Shown here: piece after piece, positions 18,483 to 28,982 of the stretch | Numbering within the stretch: position 1 is the stretch's first letter | Layout of the letters: each line of letters starts with the position of its first letter | Assembly (NCBI GenBank): GCA_028821455.1 | Contig: JAPPGE010000005.1 | Coordinates: forward strand, 103,030 to 167,029 | From: a bacterium | GTDB lineage: Bacteria > Pseudomonadota > Alphaproteobacteria > SP197 | Direction: 5' to 3' | DNA length: 64,000 nt | Translations under genes and position numbers: made by a program | Notes under the pieces: generated by a model | Seen by the model: the letters and a program-made list of their open reading frames with translations, nothing else | The model's database searches: none | What the model was told of the DNA's origin: nothing

Positions 18483-20243
18483 TCACTCGATGGACGGCCG
18501 TGATTTGGATGCCCCCTGTTCGGGGCGCTCAACACGCGCGGTCAGGACGTCGGCATTGGTGAAGCTCTGGTGGTGGACCGACGATGCGTAGTGTCGCAGA
18601 AGTCGCAGGGAGAGCTCTCTTTCGATCATGGTCCTGTCGGGCTGCTCACCCAGCAACATGATCTCGTCCTCGATGTTGCCGTCGCTGCCCGAGGTGACGA
18701 ACTCAAGCTCGATGGACGAACCTTCCCCACGCGCCTTGACCACAAGCCGCCTCCCTTCACCGTCGTCATCGGCATCCATCAGGCTCGCAGCCATCTCGTC
18801 GCCAACCAGGATGAGACGGTCGGTCTGAGTCTCGCTCCAGCCGTGTGTCGAGCCGACCTTCTTCAGGAAGTCGGATACCTCCTGCGGTGCACCGTCTCCC
18901 TGTCTCGTTTTCAGGACCGCACTCTTCGGCGACATCAGGTTGAGACACACCGTCAGCGCGACGGCCGTGATGCCGCCGGCGGTCATGCCGTTGCCGACGA
19001 GACTGCCCACCCAGGGGCCCAGAAGGTCCGGAAAGATGACGCCGTGCTGAAAACCGGTGCCGATCCAGAAGGCCGTGCCGACCATCAGGCTCTTGCGGTA
19101 ATCCATACCGTCGCTGATCACGAGGCGCATGCCGGCGACAAAGAGAAGGCCGAGAAGAACAATCACGTAGGCGGCCGCCACCGCCGCCGGAATCGCCAGC
19201 ACGAGGGCCGCAAACTTCGGCACGAAGGCGACGATCACGAGAACCAGGCCAACGCAGACCCCGACCCTGCGCGAGGCGATGCCGGTCAGCTCGACGACCG
19301 CGATGCTCGTTGAATAGGTCGTGTTGGGAATCGTCCCGGCGAGTCCGGAAAGGAAGTTGCCTACTCCGTCGGCCGAAACGGCACCCTGAACCACCTTGTA
19401 GTCGATGGCTCGCCGACGCTTCCACGAGACCGTCTGAATGGCGACGGAATCGCCTATGGTCTCGATGGCACCGACATAGGTGACAAAGATGAAGGCCGGC
19501 AGCAGGATCCAGAACGTCGGTCCAAAATCAAGATCGAACCCCGGCCAGCCGCCATCCGGAACGCCGATCCAGCCGGCTGCAGCAACCCGGCCCGTGTCGT
19601 AAAGGCCAAACCATGCAGCGATGAGACAACCTGTGACAATACCGATGATGGGCGCCCACAGGCGCAGGCTGGAACGTGAGCCAAAGGCAATGGCAAGCAT
19701 GACGGCGAGCGTCGCGCCTGCCACCAATGGAGGGGCCAGCGGCTCCACATGCTCAGGAACATCCGCCAGCATGTCGAACACGATGGGCATGACGGTCACC
19801 GGAATCATCATGATGACGGTCCCCGTCACCGCCGGCGTCAGGATCCGGCGCAGGATCGACAGACGCTTCGCCAGCGTGAACTGGACCAGGGATGACAGGA
19901 ATACGAGTGTCGCCAGCATGCCTGGTCCGCCTTCGGCGAGAGCCGTGACACACACGGCGATGAAGGCGCCGGAGGTTCCCATGACGAGAATGTAGCCGGC
20001 GCCGAATGGCCCGATCCTGCGGGCCTGGAGAATGGTCGTCAGGCCACTCACGACCAGGGCGGCGAACGCGGCCCAGACAAGGAAGGCTTCACTGCCCCCG
20101 CCAGCCCTGACCACGATTGCTGGCGTCAGGACGATGCCGGTGACCACGATGATCGCGAACTGGGTTCCAAGACCGATGGTCAGGAGAAGCGGGGGTTTGT
20201 CTTCGGGCTCGAAGCGCACCCCGGTATCTCGGGTGTCGTTCAT
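18483..20243 (-). CDS. nucleobase:cation symporter-2 (NCS2, xanthine/uracil permease) family transporter with a C-terminal soluble extension
   Basis: Multi-TM NCS2 core with about 140 aa of acidic C-terminal tail. The start (MNDTRDTG) is 1 nt after the upstream ureohydrolase stop, suggesting tight coupling. Confidence 0.75.
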   Translation of the reverse strand: MNDTRDTGVRFEPEDKPPLLLTIGLGTQFAIIVVTGIVLTPAIVVRAGGGSEAFLVWAAFAALVVSGLTTILQARRIGPFGAGYILVMGTSGAFIAVCVTALAEGGPGMLATLVFLSSLVQFTLAKRLSILRRILTPAVTGTVIMMIPVTVMPIVFDMLADVPEHVEPLAPPLVAGATLAVMLAIAFGSRSSLRLWAPIIGIVTGCLIAAWFGLYDTGRVAAAGWIGVPDGGWPGFDLDFGPTFWILLPAFIFVTYVGAIETIGDSVAIQTVSWKRRRAIDYKVVQGAVSADGVGNFLSGLAGTIPNTTYSTSIAVVELTGIASRRVGVCVGLVLVIVAFVPKFAALVLAIPAAVAAAYVIVLLGLLFVAGMRLVISDGMDYRKSLMVGTAFWIGTGFQHGVIFPDLLGPWVGSLVGNGMTAGGITAVALTVCLNLMSPKSAVLKTRQGDGAPQEVSDFLKKVGSTHGWSETQTDRLILVGDEMAASLMDADDDGEGRRLVVKARGEGSSIELEFVTSGSDGNIEDEIMLLGEQPDRTMIERELSLRLLRHYASSVHHQSFTNADVLTARVERPEQGASKSRPSIE

Positions 20244-20244
20244 G

Positions 20245-21318
20245 TCACGCACCGCGTCCCTGCTTGCGCAGGGCAAGTCCTGCAGCCAGGTAGACGATGA
20301 TGTAGACGATGACCCGGTAGACGGCGGCCGAACCTGGCGGAATGCAGATGAAGCTGAAGCCTGTCACGCCGCGCCTGCCGATCTCGTGGGCAATGCGTAT
20401 GACCTCGTAGTCGGTCATGGCGATGGGTTCCACCAGTTCGCCGAGGATGTCTCCGGGCGCCGGCCCGGCGCCACCCATGACATCCATGTCGAAGTGGGCA
20501 TACACGCCCCGGGTGCCGTCCCAGGCGCGATCGAGTTCCCGCACGCATCCCTCGATCCCGAGACTCGTGCGCAGCTCCCACGAGGAGATGAAGCGGGCGC
20601 CGTCATCGAGATAGCGGCGAACGATGTCGCTTGTCTCCAGCATGCCACGTTCGCCGATCTCGACAAGATTGCGGGGATGCATGTTGTCGAGAAACTCGTA
20701 CATCTTGTGCTTCCAGGAAGCTGCGCCCGCAATCCGCGGATCGCCGGTCAGGTAGTCGAGAGGCTGGGCATCCCAGTGCGTATCGAGACTGACACATCCC
20801 ACTGCGCCCTCGGTGTGTTCGGCGCAGGCCTTGGCAATGGCATAGCTGCCGCAGGGGCTGTTCTGCCCGATCACCACCGGAACCGCTCCGGCTCGCAAGG
20901 CGTCCCGGCACTTCGCCTCCACGGCCTCCTGCGCGGCAAGGATGCGCTCCGGTGTCTGGTTCTCCATGACGTCCGGCGGAATGTCCGCATCGCCGTAGTC
21001 GACCATGGTCACGTGATCGAAGAGTTCCAGGTCGAAATCCTGGATGTAGCCGCCAGGGTAGCGTGCCGACTGCTGGCGGACCCGCTTGGGCGCTTCGATC
21101 CATTCCTCCATGGCAACACCGGCATACTTGCCATCCTCGGCAGCGACATAGGGGGCGCCGATGATGACCACATCCGCACCTTCAAGATCATCCGGCGTCG
21201 TTGCGACGGGGCGCGACATGAACGAGGGCGTCTCCGGTGCGACGAGCGGGAACTCTCTTCTGCCGGCGAAACTTGTCGCCAGGAAGGTCTCCCAGTCCGG
21301 ATAGCCTGTGCTGCTCAT
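20245..21318 (-). CDS. arginase/agmatinase/formimidoylglutamase family ureohydrolase
   Basis: 357 aa with binuclear-Mn motifs (HFDMDVMGG, DxD pattern) and a hydrophobic C-terminal tail. Confidence 0.7.
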   Translation of the reverse strand: MSSTGYPDWETFLATSFAGRREFPLVAPETPSFMSRPVATTPDDLEGADVVIIGAPYVAAEDGKYAGVAMEEWIEAPKRVRQQSARYPGGYIQDFDLELFDHVTMVDYGDADIPPDVMENQTPERILAAQEAVEAKCRDALRAGAVPVVIGQNSPCGSYAIAKACAEHTEGAVGCVSLDTHWDAQPLDYLTGDPRIAGAASWKHKMYEFLDNMHPRNLVEIGERGMLETSDIVRRYLDDGARFISSWELRTSLGIEGCVRELDRAWDGTRGVYAHFDMDVMGGAGPAPGDILGELVEPIAMTDYEVIRIAHEIGRRGVTGFSFICIPPGSAAVYRVIVYIIVYLAAGLALRKQGRGA

Positions 21319-21461
21319 GGAAATTCATCCTCGCTCAACTGTCCGCCACCAGCGTCGTGGTCCTCAGGAACAATTGCAAGACGCCAGAGACTGAATCCCG
21401 GGCTTGTCCTGTCGAGGCACTCCATGGCATGTCCCCTTGTCAGATGGAGGCTCTGGAAACG

Positions 21462-22652
21462 ATGCCAGGTGCATTGCACGGGGTGCGCGTCATCGATCTG
21501 ACCGGCATGGTGTCGGGACCGTCCGCCACCATGCTGCTCGCCGATCAGGGCGCCGATGTCGTCAAGGTCGAGAACCCAGCCCGCGGCGGAGATACCACGC
21601 GCGGCGTGTCGGCCAATGAACACGGTCTCGCATCGTCCTATCTCAACAACAACCGCAACAAGCGGTCCATCGCCATCGACCTCAAGCATTCCCGCGGCAT
21701 CGAGGTGCTGATGCGCCTTGTCGCGGGCAGCGATGTTCTGGTCCAGAACTTCCGGCCCGGAGTTGCGGAACGCATCGGCATCGGCGAGGACGACGTGAGG
21801 AAACACGCGCCCGACATCATTCACGTGTCGATCTCGGGCTTCGGCGCCACCGGCCCCTATGCGTCAAAGCCGGTCTATGATCCCCTCGTGCAGGCCCTCT
21901 CCGGGCTGACGACCGTTCAGGCCGGATCGGACGAGGCGCGGCCGCGCCTGGTACGGACCATCATCCCTGACAAGCTCACCGGCATCGTCGCCGCCCAGGC
22001 GATCGCGGCGGCACTCTTCAACCGGGAAAGAACCGGAGAGGGCCAGGCGATCCATGTCTCAATGCTCGATTCGGTCATCGCCTTCCTGTGGGGATCGGAC
22101 ATGGAATCCCAGACCATGGTCGATCACGGTATCCGCCAGCAGCATGCCCAGAGCTTCATCGATCTCATCTACGAGACGAGCGACGGCTACATTTCGGTGG
22201 CGGTCCAGCAAGACAAGGAATGGGAAGCGCTCACGCGCGCCCTCAAGAGGCCCGAGTGGCTCGACGACGAGCGCTTTCGCACGCCGGCGGGGCGCCAGCG
22301 TCACATCGACGCAAGGCTCGAGCTGACCCAGGAGGTCCTGAAAACGGCCACCAGCGCCGAATGGCTGGAGCGACTCGAGGCTGAGGATGTCCCCTGTGCT
22401 CCCGTCCTCAACCGCAGCGAGATGATCCGTCACCCGCAGATCGCCGCCAACGGCATCGTGACCGAACACGATCATCCCCTCGTTGGTAGGGTCCGCCAGG
22501 CACGTCCCGCCGCGCGGTTCTCGAAGTCCGATTTCGAGTTGCGCGAACCCGGCGCGCAGCTCGGCGAGAACACGGACGAGATCCTGAAGGAGGCCGGCTA
22601 CGACTCCGGAACCATCGACACACTGCGCTGCGCCGGGGTCTTCGGGAACTGA
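21462..22652 (+). CDS. CoA-transferase family III (CaiB/BaiF) protein
   Basis: Contains GVRVIDLTGMVSGPSATMLLADQGADVVKVE and is about 397 aa from the chosen ATG (GGAGG upstream). Confidence 0.8.
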   Translation: MPGALHGVRVIDLTGMVSGPSATMLLADQGADVVKVENPARGGDTTRGVSANEHGLASSYLNNNRNKRSIAIDLKHSRGIEVLMRLVAGSDVLVQNFRPGVAERIGIGEDDVRKHAPDIIHVSISGFGATGPYASKPVYDPLVQALSGLTTVQAGSDEARPRLVRTIIPDKLTGIVAAQAIAAALFNRERTGEGQAIHVSMLDSVIAFLWGSDMESQTMVDHGIRQQHAQSFIDLIYETSDGYISVAVQQDKEWEALTRALKRPEWLDDERFRTPAGRQRHIDARLELTQEVLKTATSAEWLERLEAEDVPCAPVLNRSEMIRHPQIAANGIVTEHDHPLVGRVRQARPAARFSKSDFELREPGAQLGENTDEILKEAGYDSGTIDTLRCAGVFGN

Positions 22653-22655
22653 ACG

Positions 22656-23360
22656 ATGATCGACTTCTACTACTGGCCGACACCCAACGGCTGGAAGGTC
22701 GCCATTCTCCTCGAGGAGCTCGGTGTGCCCTACAGGCTGGTCCCTGTCGACATTTCACGGGGTGAACAGTTCGCGCCCGACTTCCTCGAGACAAGCCCGA
22801 ACAACCGCATTCCCGCCATCGTTGATCATGATCATCCAGGAGCACCGCTGCCTGTCTTTGAATCGGGCGCCATCATGTTTCATCTCGCCCGCAAGCACCG
22901 GCAATTCCTGGCTGACGACGCGATTGGCGAAAAGGAAACCCTTGAATGGCTGTTCTGGCAGGTGGGCAACCAGGGACCCATGGCAGGTCAGCTCTCCCAC
23001 TTCGTCAACTACGCGCCGGACGGGCAGCCTTATGCCCGCGAACGCTACGCCCGGGAATACGACCGCTGTCTGGGAGTTCTGGAGCGCCGCCTCGCCGGGC
23101 GCACGTGGCTGGTCGGGGAGTCCTATTCGATCGCCGACATGATCTGCTGGCCCTGGGTCCTGATCGCAAGGCCACTCACGGCAAGCCTTGATGACGTTCC
23201 CAACGTGCGGGACTGGCGGCAGCGGATCAAGGAACGCCCGGCGGTGCAGCGCGCCGTGGATCTCGGCAAGGAGTTCCGGCGTTCCGACCCGCCGTCCGAG
23301 GAGGAGCGCGACATTCTCTTCAACCAGACCGCCGCAACGGCCCGTCGCTGGCAGGCGTGA
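22656..23360 (+). CDS. glutathione S-transferase (Nu-class, YfcG/YghU-like)
   Basis: Has an N-terminal thioredoxin-like domain (YYWPTPNGWKVAILLEELG) and a C-terminal GST helical domain. Confidence 0.8.
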   Translation: MIDFYYWPTPNGWKVAILLEELGVPYRLVPVDISRGEQFAPDFLETSPNNRIPAIVDHDHPGAPLPVFESGAIMFHLARKHRQFLADDAIGEKETLEWLFWQVGNQGPMAGQLSHFVNYAPDGQPYARERYAREYDRCLGVLERRLAGRTWLVGESYSIADMICWPWVLIARPLTASLDDVPNVRDWRQRIKERPAVQRAVDLGKEFRRSDPPSEEERDILFNQTAATARRWQA

Positions 23361-24917
23361 TCAGTGGCGGAAGTGACGCACGCCCGTCATCACCATGGCC
23401 ATGTCGTGTGCATCCGCGGCGGCGATCACCTCCTCGTCCCGCACACTGCCGCCCGGCTGAATGACGGCCGTCGCCCCGCCTTCGGCGGCCTCGAGCAGGC
23501 CATCGGCAAAGGGAAAGAAGGCATCCGACGCGACCACCGATCCGGTGATCGCAAGACCGGACCGGCCGGCCTTCTGGCGGGCGATCATGGCGCTGTCGAC
23601 ACGGCTCATCTGGCCCGCCCCGATCCCGAGGGTCTGGCCGTTGCGGGCATAGACGATGGCATTGGAGCGCACGTGCTTGACCACACGGAAGGCAAACAGC
23701 ATGTCGTCGAGTTCACCGGCGTCCGGCCGGCGTCTGGTCACGACCTTCATGTCGTCGGCTGTCAGGTGGTACCGGTCGGCGGATTGCGCCAGCAGACCTG
23801 AGCCGGCAGACCGGATCACCAGGGAGCCTCCATCCGTTGGCGGACCATCGGCCAGAAGCAGTCTCGGGTTTTTCCTCCCTTCCAGGATGCCCCGCGCCGC
23901 ATCGCTGGCGCCGGGTGCGATGACCACTTCCGTGAAGATGCCGGTGATGGCCTGCGCCGTCTCTTGATCGAGCGGCTGGTTGGCCGCAACCACGCCGCCG
24001 AACGCGCTCAACGAATCACAGGCAAGCGCCTTGCGGTAGGCATCGATCAGAGAGTCCCCGAGCGCCACGCCGCAGGGATTGGTGTGCTTGACGATGACGA
24101 CAGCGGGTCCATCACGGTCGGGATCGAATTCCGCGACGGCCTCCAGGGCGGCGTCGGCATCGCTGAGGTTGTTGTAGGAGAGGTCCTTGCCGCCATCCTG
24201 GCGCAGAGGTGTCACGCGCGGCGGCCTGCTCCCGACATGATAGTACGCGGCAGCCTGATGAGGATTTTCTCCATAGCGCAAACGGCGGTCGAGCCGGCCC
24301 GAGACGGTGAGTCGCCGAGGAAAGGTCTCGTTCGACTCTCCCAGAAATCGTGTCGCCACGGCGGTATCGTAGGCCGCCGTCATCTGGTAGGCGATGCCGG
24401 CCATTCGCAAGCGAAAGTCTCCGGAGGTGGCGCCATCCCCCTGTTCCATCTCGTCAACGAGGTGGGGATAGTCTTCGGGATCGGTCATCACGGTCACGAA
24501 GGCATGGTTCTTGGCCGCCGCCCGAAGAAGCGCCACGCCGCCGATGTCGATGGCCTCGATCGTTCCGCTCCAGTCGGCGCCCCTGGCAACCACGTCCTCG
24601 AAGGCATAGAGATTGACCACCACGAGATCGATACCCCTGATGCCGTGTTCGGACATCTCGCGGATGTGATCTGCGGCATCCCGACATCCCAGGATTCCGC
24701 CGTGAATGGCTGGATGCAGTGTCTTCACCCGGCCATCCAGGATCTCGGGGAAGCCCGTGATCTCGCTGACGGGGGTCACGGGCAGACCCTCGGCGGCAAG
24801 TGCCGCGGCGGTGCCGCCCGTCGATATCAGTTCGACGCCCCGGGAATCGAGAAACCGGGCAAGGTCGACCAGACCGGTCTTGTCGGTGACGGAGAGAAGC
24901 GCCCGCCTGATGGTCAT
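23361..24917 (-). CDS. purH: bifunctional AICAR transformylase / IMP cyclohydrolase
   Basis: 518 aa with an MGS-like N-domain ([12 protein letters not shown]) and an AICARFT C-domain. Confidence 0.9.
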   Translation of the reverse strand: MTIRRALLSVTDKTGLVDLARFLDSRGVELISTGGTAAALAAEGLPVTPVSEITGFPEILDGRVKTLHPAIHGGILGCRDAADHIREMSEHGIRGIDLVVVNLYAFEDVVARGADWSGTIEAIDIGGVALLRAAAKNHAFVTVMTDPEDYPHLVDEMEQGDGATSGDFRLRMAGIAYQMTAAYDTAVATRFLGESNETFPRRLTVSGRLDRRLRYGENPHQAAAYYHVGSRPPRVTPLRQDGGKDLSYNNLSDADAALEAVAEFDPDRDGPAVVIVKHTNPCGVALGDSLIDAYRKALACDSLSAFGGVVAANQPLDQETAQAITGIFTEVVIAPGASDAARGILEGRKNPRLLLADGPPTDGGSLVIRSAGSGLLAQSADRYHLTADDMKVVTRRRPDAGELDDMLFAFRVVKHVRSNAIVYARNGQTLGIGAGQMSRVDSAMIARQKAGRSGLAITGSVVASDAFFPFADGLLEAAEGGATAVIQPGGSVRDEEVIAAADAHDMAMVMTGVRHFRH

Positions 24918-24941
24918 TCAGGGGTCTCGGAGAAACCTGGA

Positions 24942-26258
24942 TCAGGTGTTCATGGAGTCGAAGAAATCGCTGTTGTTCTTCGTGCTCTTGAGCTTGTCGA
25001 TGAGAAACTCCATGGCGTCCACGGAACCCATGGGCATGAGAATACGCCGCAGGACCCACATCTTGGCGAGTTCGGCCCGGCCGACCAGGAGTTCCTCCTT
25101 GCGGGTGCCGGACTTGCCGATATCGATGGCCGGGAAGATTCGCTTGTCGGCAATCTTGCGATCCATGACGATTTCCGAATTGCCGGTGCCCTTGAACTCC
25201 TCGAAGATGACCTCATCCATCCTGCTGCCGGTCTCGATGAGCGCTGTGGCAATGATGGTCAGGCTGCCGCCGCCCTCGATGTTGCGCGCCGCCCCGAAGA
25301 ATCTCTTGGGACGCTGCAGGGCATTGGCATCGACACCACCGGTGAGCACTTTGCCCGAGGACGGCACGACCGTGTTGAAGGCCCGTGCCAGGCGGGTGAT
25401 CGAATCCAGCAGGATCACGACATCGCGTTTCTGTTCGACGAGGCGCTTGGCCTTCTCGATCACCATCTCGGAGACGGCAACATGGCGGCTGGCCGGTTCA
25501 TCGAAGGTCGAGGCAATGACCTCGCCCCTGACCTGGCGCTGCATGTCGGTGACCTCTTCGGGACGCTCGTCGATGAGCAGGACGAGAAGGTAGACTTCCG
25601 GATGGTTGCTTTCGATCGCATGGGCGATGTTCTGCATGAGAACGGTCTTGCCGGCACGCGGCGGTGACGTCAGCAGGGCCCGCTGTCCCTTGCCAAGGGG
25701 GGAAATCAGCTCGATGACCCTGGTCGACAGGTCCTTCCGGGTGGGATCCTGGACCTCAAGGCTCAGTTTTTCCTCAGGATAAAGCGGTGTCAGATTGTCG
25801 AACGGCACCCTGTGGCGCGTCGTCTCGGGTTCCTGGAAATTGATGTGGCTGAGCTTGACGAGGGCGAAATAGCGTTCGTTTTCCCGGGGGCTGCGGATCG
25901 TTCCCTCCACCGTGTCGCCGGTCTTGAGGGAGAACCGCCTGATCTGTCCGGGACTGACATAGATGTCATCGGGACCGGGCAGGTAGTTGGCCTCGGGGCT
26001 GCGCAGGAAGCCGAATCCGTCCGGCAACACCTCGAGCACGCCCTGGCCGCTGATCGGCACGTCCTGTTCCGCCATCTCCTTGAGAATGGCGAACATGAGA
26101 TCCTGTTTTCTGAGGACACTCGCTCCCTCGATACCGAGTTCCTCGCCATAGGCAAGAAGCTCCTCGGGTTTGCGATTTTTGAGTTCCTGCAGATTGAGCG
26201 CCCCATGACTTATGGCTGCAAACCCGGTCTGCACATTTTCATTGCCCGTTAAGGTCAT
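24942..26258 (-). CDS. rho: transcription termination factor Rho
   Basis: Has an N-terminal RNA-binding domain, a RecA-like ATPase ([10 protein letters not shown]) and a long leader upstream (26259-26450). Confidence 0.9.
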   Translation of the reverse strand: MTLTGNENVQTGFAAISHGALNLQELKNRKPEELLAYGEELGIEGASVLRKQDLMFAILKEMAEQDVPISGQGVLEVLPDGFGFLRSPEANYLPGPDDIYVSPGQIRRFSLKTGDTVEGTIRSPRENERYFALVKLSHINFQEPETTRHRVPFDNLTPLYPEEKLSLEVQDPTRKDLSTRVIELISPLGKGQRALLTSPPRAGKTVLMQNIAHAIESNHPEVYLLVLLIDERPEEVTDMQRQVRGEVIASTFDEPASRHVAVSEMVIEKAKRLVEQKRDVVILLDSITRLARAFNTVVPSSGKVLTGGVDANALQRPKRFFGAARNIEGGGSLTIIATALIETGSRMDEVIFEEFKGTGNSEIVMDRKIADKRIFPAIDIGKSGTRKEELLVGRAELAKMWVLRRILMPMGSVDAMEFLIDKLKSTKNNSDFFDSMNT

Positions 26259-26450
26259 GATGAACCTGCTGAATGGCGATGGGAGATAACGAAACGACGA
26301 ATGTGGTGTGACGTCTCGACAGGGTGTCGAACTGCGTCCCGGAAAGCCGGGTGATTCGACAGAACCGGTGAACGGCCAGGAAAGGGGGGAACCTAGAGCA
26401 GGTCATCCGGGCCTGTCAATTCCGATTCTGAAGCGTCGCGCGATTGCCGG

Positions 26451-26900
26451 CTAGAATGGCCTGACGACGACCATGATGACAATGACGACCAGCAGCACGG
26501 TCGGCACCTCGTTGATCAGCCGAAAGAAGCGGCTGGTGTGGTGGTTGCGGTCCTCGGCGAAGGCCCGCCACAACGTCACGAACCACCCGTGAACGGCGGA
26601 CATCACCAGGAACGCTGCAGCTTTCACGAGCCACCAGCCCTCGCTCCACAGCGCCCAACCGGCATCGAGCATCAGGAGGATGCCGAAGACGAAGGTGGCA
26701 ATCATCGCCGGATTGATGATTCCCTTGAGGAGGCGGCGTTCCATGACCTTGAAGGTCTCGGACTGCCGTGATGCCGGCTCGCAGTCGACGTGATAGACGA
26801 AGAGCCTGGGGAGATAGAGCATGCCGGCCATCCAGGCGATTACCGCCAGGATGTGAAACGCCTTGATGACGTCATGCCAGGCACCCAGGAAACCGTCCAC
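26451..26900 (-). CDS. hemJ: protoporphyrinogen IX oxidase HemJ (CopD-like membrane protein)
   Basis: 149 aa with 4 TM segments and HemJ family motifs. It sits in the heme cluster with hemH and hemE. Confidence 0.7.
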   Translation of the reverse strand: MDGFLGAWHDVIKAFHILAVIAWMAGMLYLPRLFVYHVDCEPASRQSETFKVMERRLLKGIINPAMIATFVFGILLMLDAGWALWSEGWWLVKAAAFLVMSAVHGWFVTLWRAFAEDRNHHTSRFFRLINEVPTVLLVVIVIMVVVRPF

Positions 26901-26901
26901 G

Positions 26902-27933
26902 TCACACTGTCCTCAAGGGGCACCGTTTGAACGACGCCGGACAGATCCTGCCTCCATGTCCGGACGCAAGCTCCGGCCGGTCCTCGTCCAGAACGGACCT
27001 GACGAGCGCCGCCAGGCCTTCGATGAAGGTGTCGTCGCACGAAACCGCCGGTATGCGCCTGAAGAAGGGACATCCCGCGTCCCGGGCCCGCTGGCGATAC
27101 TCGATATCGAGCTCGACAAGGGTCTCGCTGTGCTCGCTGACGAAGGCGACGGGTACAACAACGACACCGGTCCCTTCCCTGCCGGCCCTGTCGATTTCCC
27201 CGTCCGTTGACGGACCGATCCAGTCCAGCGGTCCGACGCGCGACTGATAGCACACCGTCCAGTCGAGATCGCTGCGCCCGATGTCATCGACGATGGCTGA
27301 AGCCGTCTGCTCGACCTGCCACTGGTAGGGGTCGCCGCCTCGAATGATCTTTTCCGGCAATCCGTGAGCGGAAAACAGAACCCTCGCCGGCTGTCCCGCG
27401 GTGTCGTCGAGGGCACTCCTGACGGCCGCCGCATAGCTGCCGACAAATCCGCAAGCCCGCGGCCAACAGCACACGGCCCTGGTCGTCACCTCGTATCCAT
27501 GACGTCTCCAGGATCGGACCCACTGCTTCATCGACGATGCCGTCGTCGTCGTCGAGAACTGGGGATAGAGAGGCAGCAGCACCACCCTTTGCGGCTCGAA
27601 CTCGGCCACCTCGAGTGCCGTATCCTCGCTCATCGGATGCCAGTAGCGCATGGAGACGAACACCCTGATCGCATCATTGTCCAGGGCCGCCTCGAGTGCC
27701 CGGGCCTGCTGACGCGTGTTCTCGAGAAGTGGCGAATGCCCGCCGATCGCCTCATAGATCTTCTTCGCCTCGCTCTGGCGGCGATGCGATATCACCGAGG
27801 CAAGAACAGGACGCAATGGCCAAGGAATGGAGATGATCGCCGGATCATTGAAGAGATTGTTGAGAAAGGGCTGTATGGCCGCCGGAGAATCGGGACCACC
27901 CAGGTTGAAGAGCACGACCGCCGTTCTGTCCAT
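26902..27933 (-). CDS. hemH: ferrochelatase
   Basis: 343 aa with the conserved ferrochelatase N-terminus (VVLFNLGGPDS) and C-terminal Cys residues. Confidence 0.9.
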   Translation of the reverse strand: MDRTAVVLFNLGGPDSPAAIQPFLNNLFNDPAIISIPWPLRPVLASVISHRRQSEAKKIYEAIGGHSPLLENTRQQARALEAALDNDAIRVFVSMRYWHPMSEDTALEVAEFEPQRVVLLPLYPQFSTTTTASSMKQWVRSWRRHGYEVTTRAVCCWPRACGFVGSYAAAVRSALDDTAGQPARVLFSAHGLPEKIIRGGDPYQWQVEQTASAIVDDIGRSDLDWTVCYQSRVGPLDWIGPSTDGEIDRAGREGTGVVVVPVAFVSEHSETLVELDIEYRQRARDAGCPFFRRIPAVSCDDTFIEGLAALVRSVLDEDRPELASGHGGRICPASFKRCPLRTV

Positions 27934-27947
27934 GACCTCAACGTCCC

Positions 27948-28982
27948 TCAGGAACGCACGGCATTCACCAGGTCCGCAACATGTGATGGCGGTGTGTCCT
28001 TGATGATGCCGTGTCCGAGATTGAAGACGTGACTCCCCCCTGAAAGACCCGTCACGATGGATTGCGCCCGGCGTCTCATCGCCTCGCCCCCGGCCAGGAG
28101 GATCCCGGGATCGAGATTGCCCTGAACCGGGCAGATCGACTGCAGGTCCCGCATCATGTCAAGGGGCACGTCCTGATCGACCTGCAGGGCATGGATACCG
28201 GTCCCGCGGGCGAACTCCGCGTAGCGCCGGCCCGCTCCTCGTGGAAAGCCGATCACGGGAATCCGGGGATGAACGTCTCTCACGCGTGCGACGATGCGCC
28301 GTGTCGGACTGACGCACCACCGGGCAAAACTGACGTCGTCATCGAGAAGACCGGCCCAGCTGTCGAAGATCTGGACAGCATCGGCGCCGGCCTCGACCTC
28401 GGCCAGCAGCAGTCCGGTGACAGCGTCAGCGAGGCGAGCGACCAGGCGATCAACCAGACCAGGATCATCCTTGATCAGCCGCTTCGTCGCCGGAAACGCG
28501 CCGCCCGATCCGTCGATCATGTAGGCGGCAATCGTGATTGGACCGCCGGCAAATCCGATGAGGGCAGTCCTGCCGTCGAGTTTGCGGCGCACCAGGCGCA
28601 GGGTTTCCATGAGAGAGCGGTTCTTCTCGACGGCGCCCTCCGCATCGAGAGCATCAATGTCCGCCTGACAACGAAGAGGCGTCAGGTAGGGACCCTCGCC
28701 TTCGAGAAAGCGAACCGTGCGACCCATGCCATGGGGAACGATCAGGATGTCCGAGAAGACGATGGCTGCATCAACGGCAAAGCGGTCAACCGGCTGAAGC
28801 GTAATTCTCGCGGCAAGTTCCGGGGTGTTGCACAGGGCAAGGAAGTCGGGACTTTCCCGGCGTAGTTCCCTGTATTCAGGAAGATAGCGCCCGGCCTGGC
28901 GCAGAAACCAGACCGGAGGAGGGCTGCAGTCAGCCCCCTTAAGGACGGCAATCAGAGGCTTTTCGGCAGCGGAAAGGGACAT
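27948..28982 (-). CDS. hemE: uroporphyrinogen decarboxylase
   Basis: Contains the PPVWFLRQAGRYLPEY motif. The start is set at the internal ATG (MSLSAAEKPL). The ORF-track start is a GTG at 29009. Confidence 0.85.
   Translation of the reverse strand: MSLSAAEKPLIAVLKGADCSPPPVWFLRQAGRYLPEYRELRRESPDFLALCNTPELAARITLQPVDRFAVDAAIVFSDILIVPHGMGRTVRFLEGEGPYLTPLRCQADIDALDAEGAVEKNRSLMETLRLVRRKLDGRTALIGFAGGPITIAAYMIDGSGGAFPATKRLIKDDPGLVDRLVARLADAVTGLLLAEVEAGADAVQIFDSWAGLLDDDVSFARWCVSPTRRIVARVRDVHPRIPVIGFPRGAGRRYAEFARGTGIHALQVDQDVPLDMMRDLQSICPVQGNLDPGILLAGGEAMRRRAQSIVTGLSGGSHVFNLGHGIIKDTPPSHVADLVNAVRS

Noticed and set aside
23964-25667. 567 aa plus-strand ORF antisense to purH and rho
   Set aside because: It overlaps two highly conserved housekeeping genes on the opposite strand and has low-complexity R/G/D composition with no motifs.
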